A model generated the notes under the pieces. The model saw only the letters and a list, made by a program, of their open reading frames with translations. It searched no databases and was not told where the DNA came from. A DNA stretch of 61,895 nt from Paraphysomonas bandaiensis. Taxonomy: Eukaryota > Protista > Chrysophyceae. Below are positions 1 to 10,770 of the stretch, piece after piece. Where the stretch lies: assembly GCA_965644295.1 (NCBI GenBank), contig CBFFRP010000037.1, positions 1-61,895 on the forward strand, given 5' to 3'. Position numbers and translations under genes: made by a program. Position 1 is the stretch's first letter. The number at the start of each line of letters is the position of its first letter.

Positions 1-345
1 TCATTAGGGTCAAGCAAGGGATGAGTACTGGGGCTCTCCTGACTGGTAGTAGGTAGTAGGTAGGGGTTGTCCAGGAGGGAGGCCTCGGTAGCCTACTGGG
101 TGATGTCAAGAAGCTCACGGAAGAATACATTACAGCATCCTCTGGGTCATTAGGGTCAAGCAAGGGATGAGTACTGGGGCTCTCCTGACTGGTAGTAGGT
201 AGTAGGTAGGGGTTGTCCAGGAGGGAGGCCTCGGTAGCCTACTGGGTGATGTCAAGAAGCTCACGGAAGAATACATTACAGCATCCTCTGGGTCATTAGG
301 GTCAAGCAAGGGATGAGTACTGGGGCTCTCCTGACTGGTAGTAGG
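1..345. repeat. 146-bp tandem repeat, about 2.4 copies visible, running off the window start
   Basis: TCATTAGGGTCAAGCAAGGG recurs at 1, 147 and 293 with identical intervening sequence. Confidence 0.95.
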
Positions 346-377
346 CAGTGGGCAGAACAATATATGCCAACTAATAT

Positions 378-455
378 GCGGCTCACGTTAGTTTCCCGGA
401 TAAATATCTCCGGTACATATCCACCAAAACACCACAAAAAGAGTGCGAGTCTGAC
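378..455 (-). ncRNA. Degenerate HDV-like ribozyme core (copy 1), head of a non-LTR element family
   Basis: Minus strand reads CTCGC-ACT-CTTTTTGT-GGT-GTTTTGG..P4 hairpin (CCGGA...TCCGG)..AACTAAC-GTGAG; homologous to 19391-19467 and 21004-21052. Confidence 0.45.
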
Positions 456-620
456 TTTGTTGAAGGGGGATAAATATAATATATTGTGTAAGAAATTACT
501 CCCTCTCTGCACTTAAAATGTAGTGGCAGAACTTAATTTTAAAGCAAAAATTCTCATCCAAATAATGTCCCACAATATCAAAGAGATATTTGTCACAAGA
601 ACCGATACTTAGTCACGACA

Positions 621-622
<2 letters not shown>

Positions 623-658
<36 letters not shown>
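623..658. repeat. (TA)n microsatellite
   Basis: Uninterrupted TA dinucleotide run. Confidence 0.95.
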
Positions 659-662
<4 letters not shown>

Positions 663-993
663 GACACAACCGTCCTAGCCAAGCCCGATGGAGTATAATA
701 TTACAAGTTCAGAAATTAGAATCAGATTTACACAAAGTAAACTAATTAGCAAAATTGTATCTGCAAATATAGACAAGCACACCCACTTGAGATACCTTCT
801 ACAATATCAGTCGACGCTGATTCACAATTACAACCGTACTAACAATACTAGAAATACTTACTTCAAGTACATATGCAGATACATTTCCATACGTCAGCTA
901 CAAACTATGATTCAAAAGTAGAGTAACCCTTGCAGGATATGCATCAAATCCTAAACACGTAGAACAAGAATGAGTTCTTAGTATTGACTCGTT

Positions 994-3735
994 TTAGTTT
1001 TTAGATCGAATCGCCCTCTCCAGATTATTTTTCATCGTCACATAATGGGGGTGGTACTGACCTCCTTCACTTTCTAAAGCACGTAGTGCACCACTAAAAA
1101 GCTCTATAGCTGCATCCAATCTACCTAAGTCTTGTTCAACTAGTCCTGCATTATGCAAAAGTGCAGCAGGTGCAGTACCCTTACTGAATAGAGCCATGGC
1201 TTTTGAGAAGGACGCCCCAGCTCCCTTAATATCACCAACTGCTCGGTACATCGATCCAAGGTTAACCAAAATTTCATAGCGGTTGGGGTCAGCTGCGATG
1301 CCTTGCAAGAATGCCTCCTCGGCTTCAACTGCTCTTTCTGCACGCCAGAGAGCCAATCCCAACTGGTTGCATGCTGATGATTCATCGATCATATCCTGGG
1401 CAGGAGCCCCTTCCCCGGCCATATCCTTCAACCTACGATTGTCAAGAATAGCGCGACGAAGAAGGTTGATCGCCAGACCCGGATCACTGCCTTTCTCAAT
1501 GTCTACATTCGCGCGAGTAAAAAGCATGCCCGGTGGTGTCCAACCTAGTTCAAACGCTCGATCAAGGTTCTCCCCAGCCTTTTCTAATAGCATACCAGTA
1601 GCATCCCCCCACGCTACCCCATTCCCTCTACCTTCTTTATCCAAAAAGGCAGAATGAGGCGAAAGATTTTGAAGCGATCGATACCAGCTGTACATAGCAC
1701 TTCCCATATAGCCATATGCCATCGCAGAAGAGTAGTTGCTAAGATAAACGGCCTGTTGGAACCGATAGATGCTCCTAACACCAATAGCACAACTGAAACA
1801 ACATTTCATATAACGTCAACAATCAGTACCTTGAATACATATGCTGTCTCGTACTTGCTAAACCTGAGTTTATGTAAGCCGACACTTGTTGAGGGTATAC
1901 TCCAATTGCTCTGCAAATATAATCATGTTACACAAACCCTGGCAAAAGATGCAAGCGCACTTCCAATAAAAAACAGCGTTAACGTTTTAATACCTTTCCG
2001 ACATCTCCAAGGCAACGTCCGCTCTACCTATGCTCAGTTGCAACATCCCATGATTGTTGAGAGCTTTCACACTCGTCGGGCACACGTCAAGTGCACTGCT
2101 ATATAGACTCACTTCCGACCGCCAGTCAATATTCCTACTAACTACGCGATAGCTCATAACGCTTAATACCGGTAAAAAAAAGAGCATCATAGCACGACTC
2201 CAGCTCACACTCGAGGAAGATGTCAGAGTTGTGTCAGGTCGCGCACATTGTTCTGAGTTTGCTTCATCATCTGACTTCGCCACGTCGGTGACAATGCCAA
2301 TCCAACGCACAGCTTTCACGTATATATTATTATATCCAGCTCCAGCGAGCCTCTTCCATATCCACTGCAAGTCATTCGACATCAATTCCCCAAGGAGTAG
2401 TGAAAATCCGATGCTGGGAACAAAAAGTAAACGCTCAGCAAGTAGTGTACCCACAGGAAACAGTATATTTAGAGCGGGAATGAGAGGTACAATCGTGAGA
2501 CACAGAAAAAGAACAGCTTGCCTGCGACAATAGCGCACTGAACTAAAAAGAAACCATCCAATGAGCAAGTAAGTAGTTAGTGGTAACAGGTTACAGGGGG
2601 CAAGTAAAGACATCACTTCAGGAAGACATGCGTAACCGTAGTCGAAGCAGAGGTGCGGAGTAAGAGGATTCACGAGCTTTAAGGCGTACAAGAAGTGACT
2701 TTGAGCATAAGAGAGTACTCTAGACTTAAAATCCGGTAACAAAGATACATTGTTTTCCATAACTGTCCACTCATACATTTGAGTTTCGCCATGAAGCTGG
2801 GACCGAAATACGAGCGTGCATACTACACAAGCAATGCATACCGCCGATCGAACAGCTGGTCCTAGAATATATGGAGGAGAGGCGTACGGGAACCAGGAGC
2901 GAACAATTTCCAGCATTTTTGCTAATACGTTACGACAATACGCCCAACATCTCCCATTGAACGATGCTACTGTGCTACTTCTACTGTCCTTCGAATGATA
3001 TAGCCGAGTTGTCCTCAGTTGAATCCACTGTGCCGTCTCATGGCATTTGGTTGACACAGACTTCTCTGAGCTAGATTGCATATAGACGCTTTGATATAAC
3101 AACTCCAATACTACAAGAATCCCAAAAGTTGTTAAGCCAACTTCTTTCGATAGTGTAGCAGCTAGAGCAAAAGCGACAGATATGAGCCAGCAAAACCAAC
3201 CCCATAGTGCACGATCAAGCCGAGGTGAGTGCATACACGGAAGTGCATCTGAGTAAAGAATAAGACAGAAGAGCGTAAACATTCCACACAAGGAATCTGC
3301 TCTACCAACAAGACTGGCAACTGCTTCTACGTGAACTGGATGCGCACAAAAATAAAGTGAGGCCAATATGCTTCCTTCTTTTGTAATCCACCTCCGAGCC
3401 AACAAGTAAAACGATATTACACAAATGGAGTAAATAACCACATTTCCTAAGTGATAACCAAATGGATTAATACCATGTATCGAATAATTTAGTCGAAATG
3501 TAAGAGTCGTAACTGGTCGGTAGCTTTTGTGACTTCGCACAGCGGTGATATCCTGCCCCCAGAAATCATGAGTGAACACATCTGTCATTGATCCCGAGCC
3601 ATGAACATCAGGATTACTGACAATCGCTGCTCTGTCGTCCCACACATATCCAGCAGAATATGTATTATTGTATAACACACAGGCGAAGACAAGGAGGATC
3701 GCAGGGAAGATATCCACCCTCATGACACACCCCAC
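994..3735 (-). CDS. TMTC-family protein O-mannosyltransferase (transmembrane + DUF1736 + TPR), spliced with introns around 1810-1990
   Basis: Family motifs WDD..AI..NPDV, DFWG, SHKSYRP, HPVHVEAVASLVGRAD, SKEVG, CFDY and VGTLLAERLLFVPS in ORF 1987-3735; TPR-like repeats in ORF 994-1809. Confidence 0.9.
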
Positions 3736-3977
3736 CTATAACTATACACCGCTATGCTATCAGATAATAGGTATCGTATATACGGCACTCAGTGAATGCT
3801 CGCAGTCATTATAAATGATAACCACAATCAAACTTCTGTGAAACAACCACCACAACGCACCTCATATATATATATGTGTATATATTCCATAGACACAGCA
3901 TGAGGTAGCGGTACTACAGCCCTGTATAGCAGCACTCATGTTTATGTCATGTACTGTACTGTATTTCAAGGTATACT

Positions 3978-4144
3978 CTGGGGGTGGTTGTGCATATCGA
4001 TTTCATCGATTTTATTTCATCGAAAAATCATCGTTTTTTCAGTGAAAAGTGAAAAAAAGTGACTTTTTAATGAAAAAACGATGATTTTTCGATGAAATAA
4101 ACGATGAACAAATCGATGAAATCGATATGCACAACCACCCCCTG
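3978..4144. mobile_element. Palindromic MITE, probably Tc1/mariner type
   Basis: ~35-bp TIR GGGGGTGGTTGTGCATATCGATTTCATCGATTT and its reverse complement; inner arms also inverted; right end CCCCCTG|TA. Confidence 0.8.
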
Positions 4145-4273
4145 TATAGTATTTGATTTTGAACAGAAGCAGTATTCCGGTATGTATTCAGCCGTAGGAT
4201 GGTGGTGCTATGAGGTCCAGGCAGCTATTTGTATTAAAAGAGGGACGGGACGATGCTCATCAACTGAACCCCG

Positions 4274-5743
4274 ATGATACCAACTAGATCAACGAGCCTT
4301 CTATCTCGAGGGAAACCTCAGCCAAGAAAGTTCGCTCCTAACATTAGCACAGCCGCTCGTCCTTCTCGCCCCGCAGACAGAGACGCTGACGGGGACAAGA
4401 GTACAAGAGAGGAGGCCTCGTCGAGTGGGGCACCCGTTACACAAGAACTTACACAGGTGGGTTAATTAGGGCTCGCTTTGCGTGATGAGATGTTTAGCAG
4501 CAGGAGCCGCAGGATAAGGCGCCTCGTCAGACTTCTTTGCGTAAAGCTCCAATCTCAAGTTCAGCGAACGCAACTAACACTGTTGCTGAAGCAACATCAG
4601 CTCCGAATCAATCGTCCAGTCCGCCAATAACTTCTGAAACACGTACTGTCTCAGCTCCCAAACCCTCCAATGGTGTTTTCGCATCGCGTTCAGTGGCACC
4701 GACCACAAAACGCGTCGAGGCTACACCTGCACCGCCTCAACTAGGTCTTGTACATGTCCCTCCTGCGGTTGCGGGGGGTACTATGCGGAACAGGAACAGG
4801 GCCATGGTGAGAGTTATACCCTCTGCAATGAAACAGCGCGCCATGCACGCGGTGAGTGCACGTTTGCATGTCGCTCTCTCTCTCAACACTATTTTTAGGT
4901 GGTTTGTATGCTAAAGCAGCACGAAACCCCCACCTCAGCTGCATTTTGGCAGAGTACTGTGCGTGATCTTCCTCCAGCACCTGGAAGTAATAAGGGTCTG
5001 AAGAGGAAACATCGCGGAGAGGGGACGCCCACGGGAGCATATGGAGGCTCAATACCTCTTTGGTCACCAAGTGCACAGGAGTCAGGAAAGGGGGGTAAGA
5101 GATTTAGAGATGCTTTACTTCTTCCTTCGCACACACAACAGCGAGGGCAATCCTATACTTACGTTACTGCGTATGTGAAAAGAAAAAAACATGTGAGATT
5201 TTTAATAGCTTCCACTTTTATTACGTGAAAGTTTTTGTTAAGGGCCTGGGACTTCGCCTCAAAGATGTTGGAGGGCATGCTGTCGTTGTGGGATTCAATG
5301 ATGAGTATCTTGCCGCACAGGAGGCGAGTGGGGCGGGCAATGCTGCGGACATATGTATCGGTGATATCATCGTTGCGGTCGAGAATCTAGATACCAGTAA
5401 TCCTGCAAACTGTCCTTTTGAGAGGGTTGTGGCACACCTTTCAAATGCGGGAGAATCACGTGTAGAGCCATTGTCAGTATCACACCCTAATCATGTCTTG
5501 TCTAGTACTTGTATTTGGGACTCAGACCCACTCAATTTAAATCACAGAACATCTAGTCTCGCAAAGTATAATGATACTGTTTGCATTCGACTCGCGCGAC
5601 CATCAGATGGTGATACGATTCCTTATATGAGCAATGGAGTACGTAAACTTACCGTACAGTCTGAAATATGCGAAGGAGGAGGTGAAATTAGAAACAATTC
5701 TGAAAAATGTGATAAGGTGTATATTGAAACTCATGAAATATAA
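4274..5743 (+). CDS. Hypothetical spliced protein, Ser/Pro/Ala-rich N-terminus and C-terminal PDZ-like domain
   Basis: Consecutive + strand ORFs separated by GT..AG gaps; last ORF has KGLGLRL..VVVGF..ICIGDIIVAVE, matching PDZ GLGF and GDxI patterns. Exon boundaries are uncertain. Confidence 0.5.
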
Positions 5744-5799
5744 CCGCGTACTTATTGTGTATCAAATTATTAAGACTTACCCAGAGTACAAAATCCTTT

Positions 5800-6200
5800 A
5801 TTATTTGAAAGTACTTGCCTTTTTTCGAATTCGTAATATATTGAATGTTTTTCGTGGTAATAAGCACGTAGGCTGCTTGTGTATTGCTGCGAGCACCACA
5901 TTGTGCAACCGTGCACCGTTTCGACGGTATATTTAGTTTGAGGGTCTTCCTTCTGTTAGCACCTCAGTGACGGTGGTCGTGTTAGTGCAGGATAGTTGCT
6001 GACTGGAGGTCTAAGTTGAAGTAGAAGCTGTCGTCTGTATGGAATGACCGAATGCGGTTGAGCTGGAGCTCGAAGTATGGGTGGATGTCGTGGGGTGGGT
6101 GCAATCAAAGTAAGTTTGTAGGGTGTAATTGGTGAAACCCGTACAGGAAAGGGTAATTTAGTTTCAAAATAAGTAAATTTACTTACTAATATCTAATATA
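5800..6200 (-). mobile_element. Old diverged LINE 3' end
   Basis: TTGAAAGT near 5805 and GCTGCTTGTGTATTGCTGCGAGCACC..GTGCAACC near 5872 resemble the conserved LINE tail GCTGCTTGTGCGTCGCCGCAAGCACCAAGGTGCAACC. Confidence 0.45.
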
Positions 6201-6207
6201 TGCATAT

Positions 6208-7004
6208 CAGGGCTAGGAAACAATATATTGCAATACTATTGTTAGATAGCGTTCCATCAATAGTATTGATGGAGATTTTAAACAGGCTCAACAATACAAT
6301 TACAATATATTGCAATATATTGTCAATGTATTGCAATATATTAGTATGAGTAATCAGTAAGTAAACACATCCGTAGATTTCATTTTTAGTGTTAGTCATT
6401 AAGATCACATGACAACCAAACCAACTACTGCTTATAGCTAATAAATATCCACCTAGTTCTCATCCTCTGAGCCATCAGCGGTGACGTCAACATCACCATA
6501 TCATCCACAAAGTTTATTGAAATATGCTAGTATTCGGCCACAACTGTCGAATTGCTTTCAGAAACAACAACATATTAAGTAGGATGGATACTTTAGCGCA
6601 ACACTGATATAATATGTTTAGCTGCGCTGAACAGACGCTCCCATGTATTGGAAGTACATACCAGGGACTGGTAACCGTTAATGACTCGTGGATCTGTACG
6701 TTTCTTAATTTTTTGAGCTGGCTGAAGATTTTTAGTCGCATAGTCAACATCATCTTCATCATCCTCTGTAAAGTTGTAATCAATTTCTCGGTTATTTATA
6801 TCCATTTTGCACCCTACAGTTGAGAATCTTCTCTTATATGACTATCATAATATTGATTGCAATATATTGCAATATATTGTTAGATATTTTAACAGAAACA
6901 ATATTGATGGGATTTTTGGCCGGTCGACCAATCAATATATTTTACAATATATTGCAATATATTGTACAATGTATTGCAATTCAATATATTGTTTCCTAGC
7001 CCTG
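6208..7004 (-). mobile_element. Non-autonomous hAT transposon
   Basis: TIR CAGGGCTAGGAAACAATATATTG at both ends, 8-bp TSD ATGCATAT (6200-6207 and 7005-7012), repeated CAATATATTG subterminal motifs, and a remnant of the hAT C-terminal dimerisation region (TSNTWERLFSAAK..MLLFLK..LW). Confidence 0.9.
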
Positions 7005-7320
7005 ATGCATATAATACTTTAGGATTTGGGTTAGGCTGGTCAACATAGATAATCAGAAGTACAAGGAAACAGATGTTACCTGAATATTATGTAAAGATGT
7101 AAAGTGTGTAGATTAATAATTAAATAAGTATACATATCATTCTAGGGAGAGTGAAGTTTGCAAAGATTACGGTTGTGGTTTACGCCTAGAGCAAAAGGTT
7201 AGAATCAGTGAAATATCACTTCTAACAGAAAGTATCAAGCATAGCCTCCTCAGTTCTAATGACAACTACGGAATTCTGTAAAAATATGCAGAGGGTGATT
7301 AAACTAAATTATATATATAT

Positions 7321-7400
7321 TGAAAGTCTTATTATTTAGCAGTAGGCGTTAAAAACCTGCACCAATATAGTGGCTAGTTGAATGTTAGACATACTAGTTA
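7321..7400 (-). mobile_element. Short LINE/SINE 3'-tail fragment
   Basis: TGAAAGTCTTATTATTTAGCAGTAGGCGTTAAAAAC..GGCTAGTTGAATG matches the family tail; flanks are TA-rich. Confidence 0.75.
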
Positions 7401-8118
7401 TATATTAAATATATAAATGGATATAGCATTTAGAGAGATTAGTATCAGAGTATGTCTTACGTCTTCTATGCGTAGAGCTCTAACATAACAAATGCTATGT
7501 AAATTACGGCTATAGTAGTGTTTAAGGGTATAAATATAATATTATCTCACAATGTTGTCGCGTAGGGCGAGATAAATAAGAGATTTGTAGTAGCATAACA
7601 AATATGGACATGATAAAAATTTAAATCCCAAGGAAATAATATCTCATATTTTAGTTACCTACTTGAACTACTTTTTCTTCGTTTTCTCATCTCGTTGGGA
7701 CTACCTCATTGTGTCATTCAGACATCAGACAGTATAAAGATAACAAATAATGAAGTGATATATAGTCACTACTATCAATTTCACCGCCTATAAACTTTCA
7801 TTCACTCTCAGTTAACATAGAGGAAAATATACACGTATACGATTTGGACACCCAACGAACGTAGACCAACTACAGTTTACCTACAGCCCACCGAATACTG
7901 CACACAGAGGGTGAAAAGGTAAAAATTAATTTCTAAAAGCTATGTCAATAAAAAATTTATTTTGCGTGTCAATACATCCCTGTTAGTGAGTGAAGCAAGA
8001 AAACGGTACCTCTTCTCAGTCACATGTTAGACAATCAAATTCAAAGAACGAAGCGAGTATATGCATGGGAATACTCAGTTCTACCGGAAATCGCGCACAA
8101 AAACCTGGCATAATCCAT

Positions 8119-10348
8119 CTATTCGGCATATACACCTGTGTCACGGTTAAAAGCACTGATTTTGATGGGGGTTTTACGCAGCAAAGACAATCGGGCAGCA
8201 GAAGCCAATACAGCGGCGTTCCACCCTGCTTCTATCCCCACAGATGGAGGGGACTGGGTGCGTACTCCATCAACAAACGACAGTAACTCCGCCCGAAACG
8301 CTTCTCTGTATCTTTCCGAGTAAGACTGTATTGGGGTATCCATTGCGCGCACGGAGTATGTATCAGACACACGACACGTAGTGCGATACATGTTGTCGCA
8401 TTGAATCATGCATCTAGATCCCAATACTTCAACTCTGTGGTCATATCCATACGGGCATTGGCGGCAATTATCTATAACCACCACTATACCGTGTTGGAAG
8501 CGAATCATAACCATTGATATATCCACATCCCCAGTATCTCCTGCATTGGAATCGAGTCTACACGAGCCATATGCTGTAACCTCTAAAGCCGGAGCTTGCG
8601 TCAGAAATAGAGCTAGGTCGAAGTCATGTAAGGAGAGGTCGTGGTAAAAACCCCCCGTGGTGCCAACAAGACTGGAGGCGGGGCGCCCCGGCTCACGGCT
8701 TGTGATATGCATATGCAATATATCACCTACTTCACCATTCTCAATGCGGCGTCGAATGCGCAGTATGGATGGGTCAAATCGCCTGTGAAAACCTACCATA
8801 CAGTGCCCCATGGTCTCATGTATTACACTCCGTACTTGTACAATCTCATGTAGTACTGGTGATACAGTTTTCTCTACAAACACATATTTCCCCCCTTGTA
8901 ATGCCATCATGATCTGTTCAGCATGCTGGTCAGGAGGCGAACATATTATCACCGCATCTACCAGGGGGCTTTTTACCATCAATCTCCAATCCGTTATGTA
9001 AGCAGGAATATTGTAGTCAATACAAGTCTTACGAGCCGCCTCTTGATCAGAGTCAGCAACGACAACAACTCGTACCGCTCGTATCGTAGTTGCATTCTCT
9101 AGATGGCTCTGAGTCATGGAAGAGAGTCCAATTATTCCAATTCGAAGAAGGGTGAGTGCGGCGGGGTTTTGTGGCAGAGGTGTGGGGGGGTTGATGGATA
9201 CCGACTCAAATAGCCCCTCTCCATTCTCTGAGCCGGACCCCGCGGGGGTGTATGACACAGTCCCAATACTAGGTACCATATTTCCGCTGTGAGCAGTCTT
9301 AAATGCAGCACTTGCTGCTGATAGAGTGGACGGAGCGCATTTATCGGACACAGTATAGCTAGCGCCACAGGCACCTTTTCCACAATCAGAAAAAGTATCG
9401 ATATCTACAGCAATGGCACTTTTGAATCGCTTGGCAGTCTTATCATTACTGGTTATCACAGATGTCACAGGTAACATGTCGGAATCTAATCCAGAAGCAG
9501 TTTGGGCGGTATCAGATCCGCCAGAGAGAGAGTGATAAGAGTCGGTGGATCTTCTCCTTCTTCTGGACTTGGTATCAGTGTCTCCTCCTTCGCTGCTTGA
9601 GCCTTCCTCCATTCCCAACCCATGCAACTCCGTGCTCTGAGCAGTCTCTATTGGAAGTGTTGCTGAACCAACCATAGTATACGGTGGTACAAACGTGCAG
9701 TCAAGAACACTTTCTCTGTAAGTTGGGTTCCAAGCCAACGGATATGTCAAGACAAAATCACGGTCATTCAACTTGGTGACGATGCGCGCCGTGTACCAGG
9801 ATGTAAAAATTGGGTTCCAAAAGTCTATCATATCCCCTGGCCCTTGCTTCACTCGCCATTCCTCGAGAATCACCTGGGCCTCTTTAAGTGCCTCAGGACA
9901 GCGTGTTGTAATTACCGACTCCTGCACTGCATTACATAACATACGGGAGATTAGTTGGATATCTTTCCGCTGTACAGCTTGTCGAAATAATCGTTCAAAA
10001 ATATGAGCGTCGTTAGATAACTCCGAGTCCACTGTAACCAATGAGCCTGTATGCATAACACTAGGCCCCCGCGCCCCCCACATCATATCACCTGTGCCCG
10101 GCTTTGTCAGGTCTCTTACAGCGCCAACACTGTCAGTTCCTTCACTACTCTCATCATGATGCTCACTCTTCAGAACTCTGTCTCCAGTGATGGTGTTCAG
10201 GAGAGTTGAATGATCAGTGCTGCGGCCTACATAACGACCATAAATAACACAATCACATACACAGCAACTATCTCACCACTCATCATGCAGATGTACTCTT
10301 GAATCCTCAACAGAAAAACACATCACATGGTTGTGCGGACAGCGACAT
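8119..10348 (-). CDS. Gfo/Idh/MocA (inositol-2-dehydrogenase-like) oxidoreductase with a long N-terminal extension containing a Tudor/Agenet-like segment
   Basis: C-terminal half has RIGIIG, DAVIICSP..H, GKYVFVEK, VGFHRRFDP, DLSLHDFD and YGYDHRVEVLG. The ORF stays open to ~10226, with a probable intron at 10227-10276 and an inferred ATG near 10348. Confidence 0.8.
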
Positions 10349-10467
10349 ACAAGCAGTCTAATTTCTACATATACCACACTCGCACAGCATATGGGCACAG
10401 TACCACATTGGTATAGATACTGCTGTACCACTCTCCTCCAGCATCAGACAGGAGTACCAGCACACAG

Positions 10468-10754
10468 CGCAGAGAAAAATACGGTACTCGGTCGAATGTT
10501 ACGGATGTTACAAATCAATAAACGGACGGAATACCCCCGTTGCTTTCACACAGTCTACACTACAGGTAGTCAAAGCAAGGTTCTCTTTACAGTTACTACA
10601 GAACTTCTCAGTAAGAGGAAATTATGCCTCTATTCTACAGCCGTACACTACACACTGCATAATATAACACCATACACCTCTATGTGCCCTATGCATATCT
10701 TATACAGTCACTTCAAGTACTAAACTGAAAAGAACATCCTCTCATTCCTCTACG
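10468..10754 (-). repeat. 3' LTR of the Copia element
   Basis: Direct repeat of 15166-15452 (offset 4698), with terminal inverted repeat CGTAGAG...CTCTGCG on the minus strand. Confidence 0.95.
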
Positions 10755-10770
10755 CACCCCTGTGATGTGT

